From positions 1-32,726 of the IMG/VR virus record IMGVR_UViG_3300030090_005675: a stretch of 32,726 bases of DNA. One strand, 5' to 3'. The translations under genes and the position numbers were made by a program. Positions within the stretch are counted from its first letter, which is position 1, and every line of letters starts with the position of its first letter. The notes under the pieces are model-generated. The model saw only the letters and a program-made list of their open reading frames with translations, was not told the origin of the DNA and made no database searches. Positions 31,233 to 32,726 of the stretch are shown one piece after another. This stretch comes from a virus. Lineage: Duplodnaviria > Caudoviricetes.

Positions 31233-32536
31233 ACTACACCTACTTCGCAAGCGGGGCAACGATGGCAGTGGATCTACTGGGATTCGCTGACATCGATCAC
31301 CCGGCAGGCATCACCGTCGACATCATGAACGAAGAGTCCCACGCAGCCGTGCTGTCACTGGCAGGTACGGGGCTCAAGATATTCATCGACTCGGGTGCCT
31401 TCAGCGAGGTCAAGGTGAACCGAAGAGGTCAGATCAAAGTCGTCCGTCCCATCGACGAGGCTGAGTGGCGTAGACGCATCGGTGTGTATCGAGACCTGGC
31501 AAAGAGACTCAAGTCTCAGCTCTATGTCGTTGCCCCCGATCGTGTGGGTAGTCAGAAGGAAACAATGCAGAGGTTGGTGCGCCACCTTGATGAGCTCAGA
31601 GAAGTGAGCGAGGAGGGAGCCAACATCTTGGTGCCCTTGCACCTGGGCGAGATGACACAGATAGAGATGCACCATGCCGTATCGAGAATGATGGAAGACA
31701 TGAACTGGATGCCCGCGCTTCCGTGTAAGAAGGCAGCGACCAGTGCGGAAGAGATCCTCGAGTACTGCGATGTGATGAGACCGAACCGTGTCCACCTGCT
31801 CGGCGCTGGCCCCAAGAGCGAGGTCGCCTTTCAAGTGCTGGACATCATCTGCACCCAGACCGATGTCTATATGGACAGCTGCTGCCTTCGCTCGAACTCA
31901 GGTTTGACGAATGGTAGAGGGGGCGGTCCTCGAGTGTTGACCATCGCCAAGGCACTGACCGATGCCGCGGGGTATCAGTTCGGAGAAGCACGCAGACTCT
32001 CGATCTCGATGACGTTCCAGCAAGACACCGAGTTGATGTGGCGCTACCAGACGGGTGCGGTGAAGTGTCCTGATGGCTCAGTCATAGACAGTGCGTACTG
32101 TGTGCTCGGCTTGTCGAGATACCTTGCCGTCGCCATAGACGACGCTGAAGCCCTCGAAGAGTACTTGGACTACCCACCGACAGGGAATCTCTACGTAGGG
32201 CTCTGGGACTTAGATACGGCTGAGCTACTGGGTCTGGCGGAGTTCGACGCTGAACACCCGTTCACGCTTCACCTTAGCTGTGATCTCCCTGAAGTCGTCG
32301 AGTTCTGGTTTCTGGCCCAGTGCTTCAGACAAGTTCAGTTCAGGCTACCCCACAGAAGAGTCGCCTTGATCATCGCGCCCAGAATAAAGAGCGTAATCAA
32401 ATACCGGAAGTCTTGTTTGGCCATAGAACCTTGTGGAGCTGAACCTGCATCCGGCCCAGCACCTTGTCCTGAATCATCCATTCAGCCAAGTCTGCGGGGT
32501 CCAACACGCCCCAAACCGGAGACAGCAGGTAGTTAA
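31229..32536 (+). CDS. TGT/DpdA-like (7-deazaguanine transglycosylase-like) TIM-barrel protein with C-terminal extension
   Basis: Start re-called from 31127 to ATG 31229 (ATGA overlap, AGGAG RBS). Motifs IFIDSGAFS, VVAPDRVG, LVPLH, RVHLLG and YMDS follow the order of TGT-family catalytic strands; adjacent to queE. Confidence 0.7.
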   Translation: MNYTYFASGATMAVDLLGFADIDHPAGITVDIMNEESHAAVLSLAGTGLKIFIDSGAFSEVKVNRRGQIKVVRPIDEAEWRRRIGVYRDLAKRLKSQLYVVAPDRVGSQKETMQRLVRHLDELREVSEEGANILVPLHLGEMTQIEMHHAVSRMMEDMNWMPALPCKKAATSAEEILEYCDVMRPNRVHLLGAGPKSEVAFQVLDIICTQTDVYMDSCCLRSNSGLTNGRGGGPRVLTIAKALTDAAGYQFGEARRLSISMTFQQDTELMWRYQTGAVKCPDGSVIDSAYCVLGLSRYLAVAIDDAEALEEYLDYPPTGNLYVGLWDLDTAELLGLAEFDAEHPFTLHLSCDLPEVVEFWFLAQCFRQVQFRLPHRRVALIIAPRIKSVIKYRKSCLAIEPCGAEPASGPAPCPESSIQPSLRGPTRPKPETAGS

Positions 32537-32726
32537 CGTCATACTTGCTCATGACTTCGAGCGCCCAGTCGTAGTCCTCTCTCGAACCCACCACGATCTT
32601 GACCTCGTCGTGATCCTCGAGCACAGCAATATTCGACCACACATTCTTTCTCGACTCGCCTGAGCTCGGGGCCTTCAAGTCCATGATGGTCTTCACTTCT
32701 CGGGGCACACCAAGTAGGCCGATTGA
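32397..32726 (-). CDS. queE: 7-carboxy-7-deazaguanine synthase (radical SAM), C-terminal part; 5'-truncated
   Basis: IMDLKAPSSGE...DEVKIVVGSREDYDWA...LLSPVWG...LAEWMIQD...RMQVQLHKVLW is the characteristic QueE C-terminus. The frame is open to the window end; the CxxxCxxC motif would lie outside the window. Confidence 0.88.
   Translation of the reverse strand, partial: SIGLLGVPREVKTIMDLKAPSSGESRKNVWSNIAVLEDHDEVKIVVGSREDYDWALEVMSKYDVNYLLSPVWGVLDPADLAEWMIQDKVLGRMQVQLHKVLWPNKTSGI

Overview
This window is a 32.7-kb segment of a tailed dsDNA bacteriophage (or prophage) genome, cut inside genes at both ends; no host housekeeping operon, integrase, capsid, portal or terminase is visible. Left half (1-18296, + strand): virion/late genes, including a 3649-aa nearly Cys-free polyvalent internal-virion-like protein with one intact and one degenerate HExxH metallopeptidase-like domain, a repeat-built tail-fibre-like protein, several small beta-rich structural-type proteins and a cluster of small membrane proteins. 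An XRE-type HTH gene (- strand) and back-to-back sigma70-like promoters at 18591-18656 separate this from a replication/recombination arm (+ strand): SNF2-like helicase, Cas4-like nuclease, Sak4/AAA_24-like ATPase, SSB-like protein, UDG-exonuclease-PolA fusion, an NDT/TIR-like protein, a degenerate SbcC/Rad50-like ATPase, a Zn-ribbon protein and a DUF927-type helicase. The right end has an FmdB-type Zn ribbon and a TGT/DpdA-like barrel protein converging on queE, which points to 7-deazaguanine DNA modification. The most unusual points are (i) a family A polymerase whose steric-gate Glu is replaced by His, with further motif B/C changes, in a genome with deazaguanine-pathway genes, and (ii) an attenuator-like structured leader with a uORF that sequesters the DUF927 ribosome-binding site. 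All family assignments come from motif recognition by eye, not database searches.
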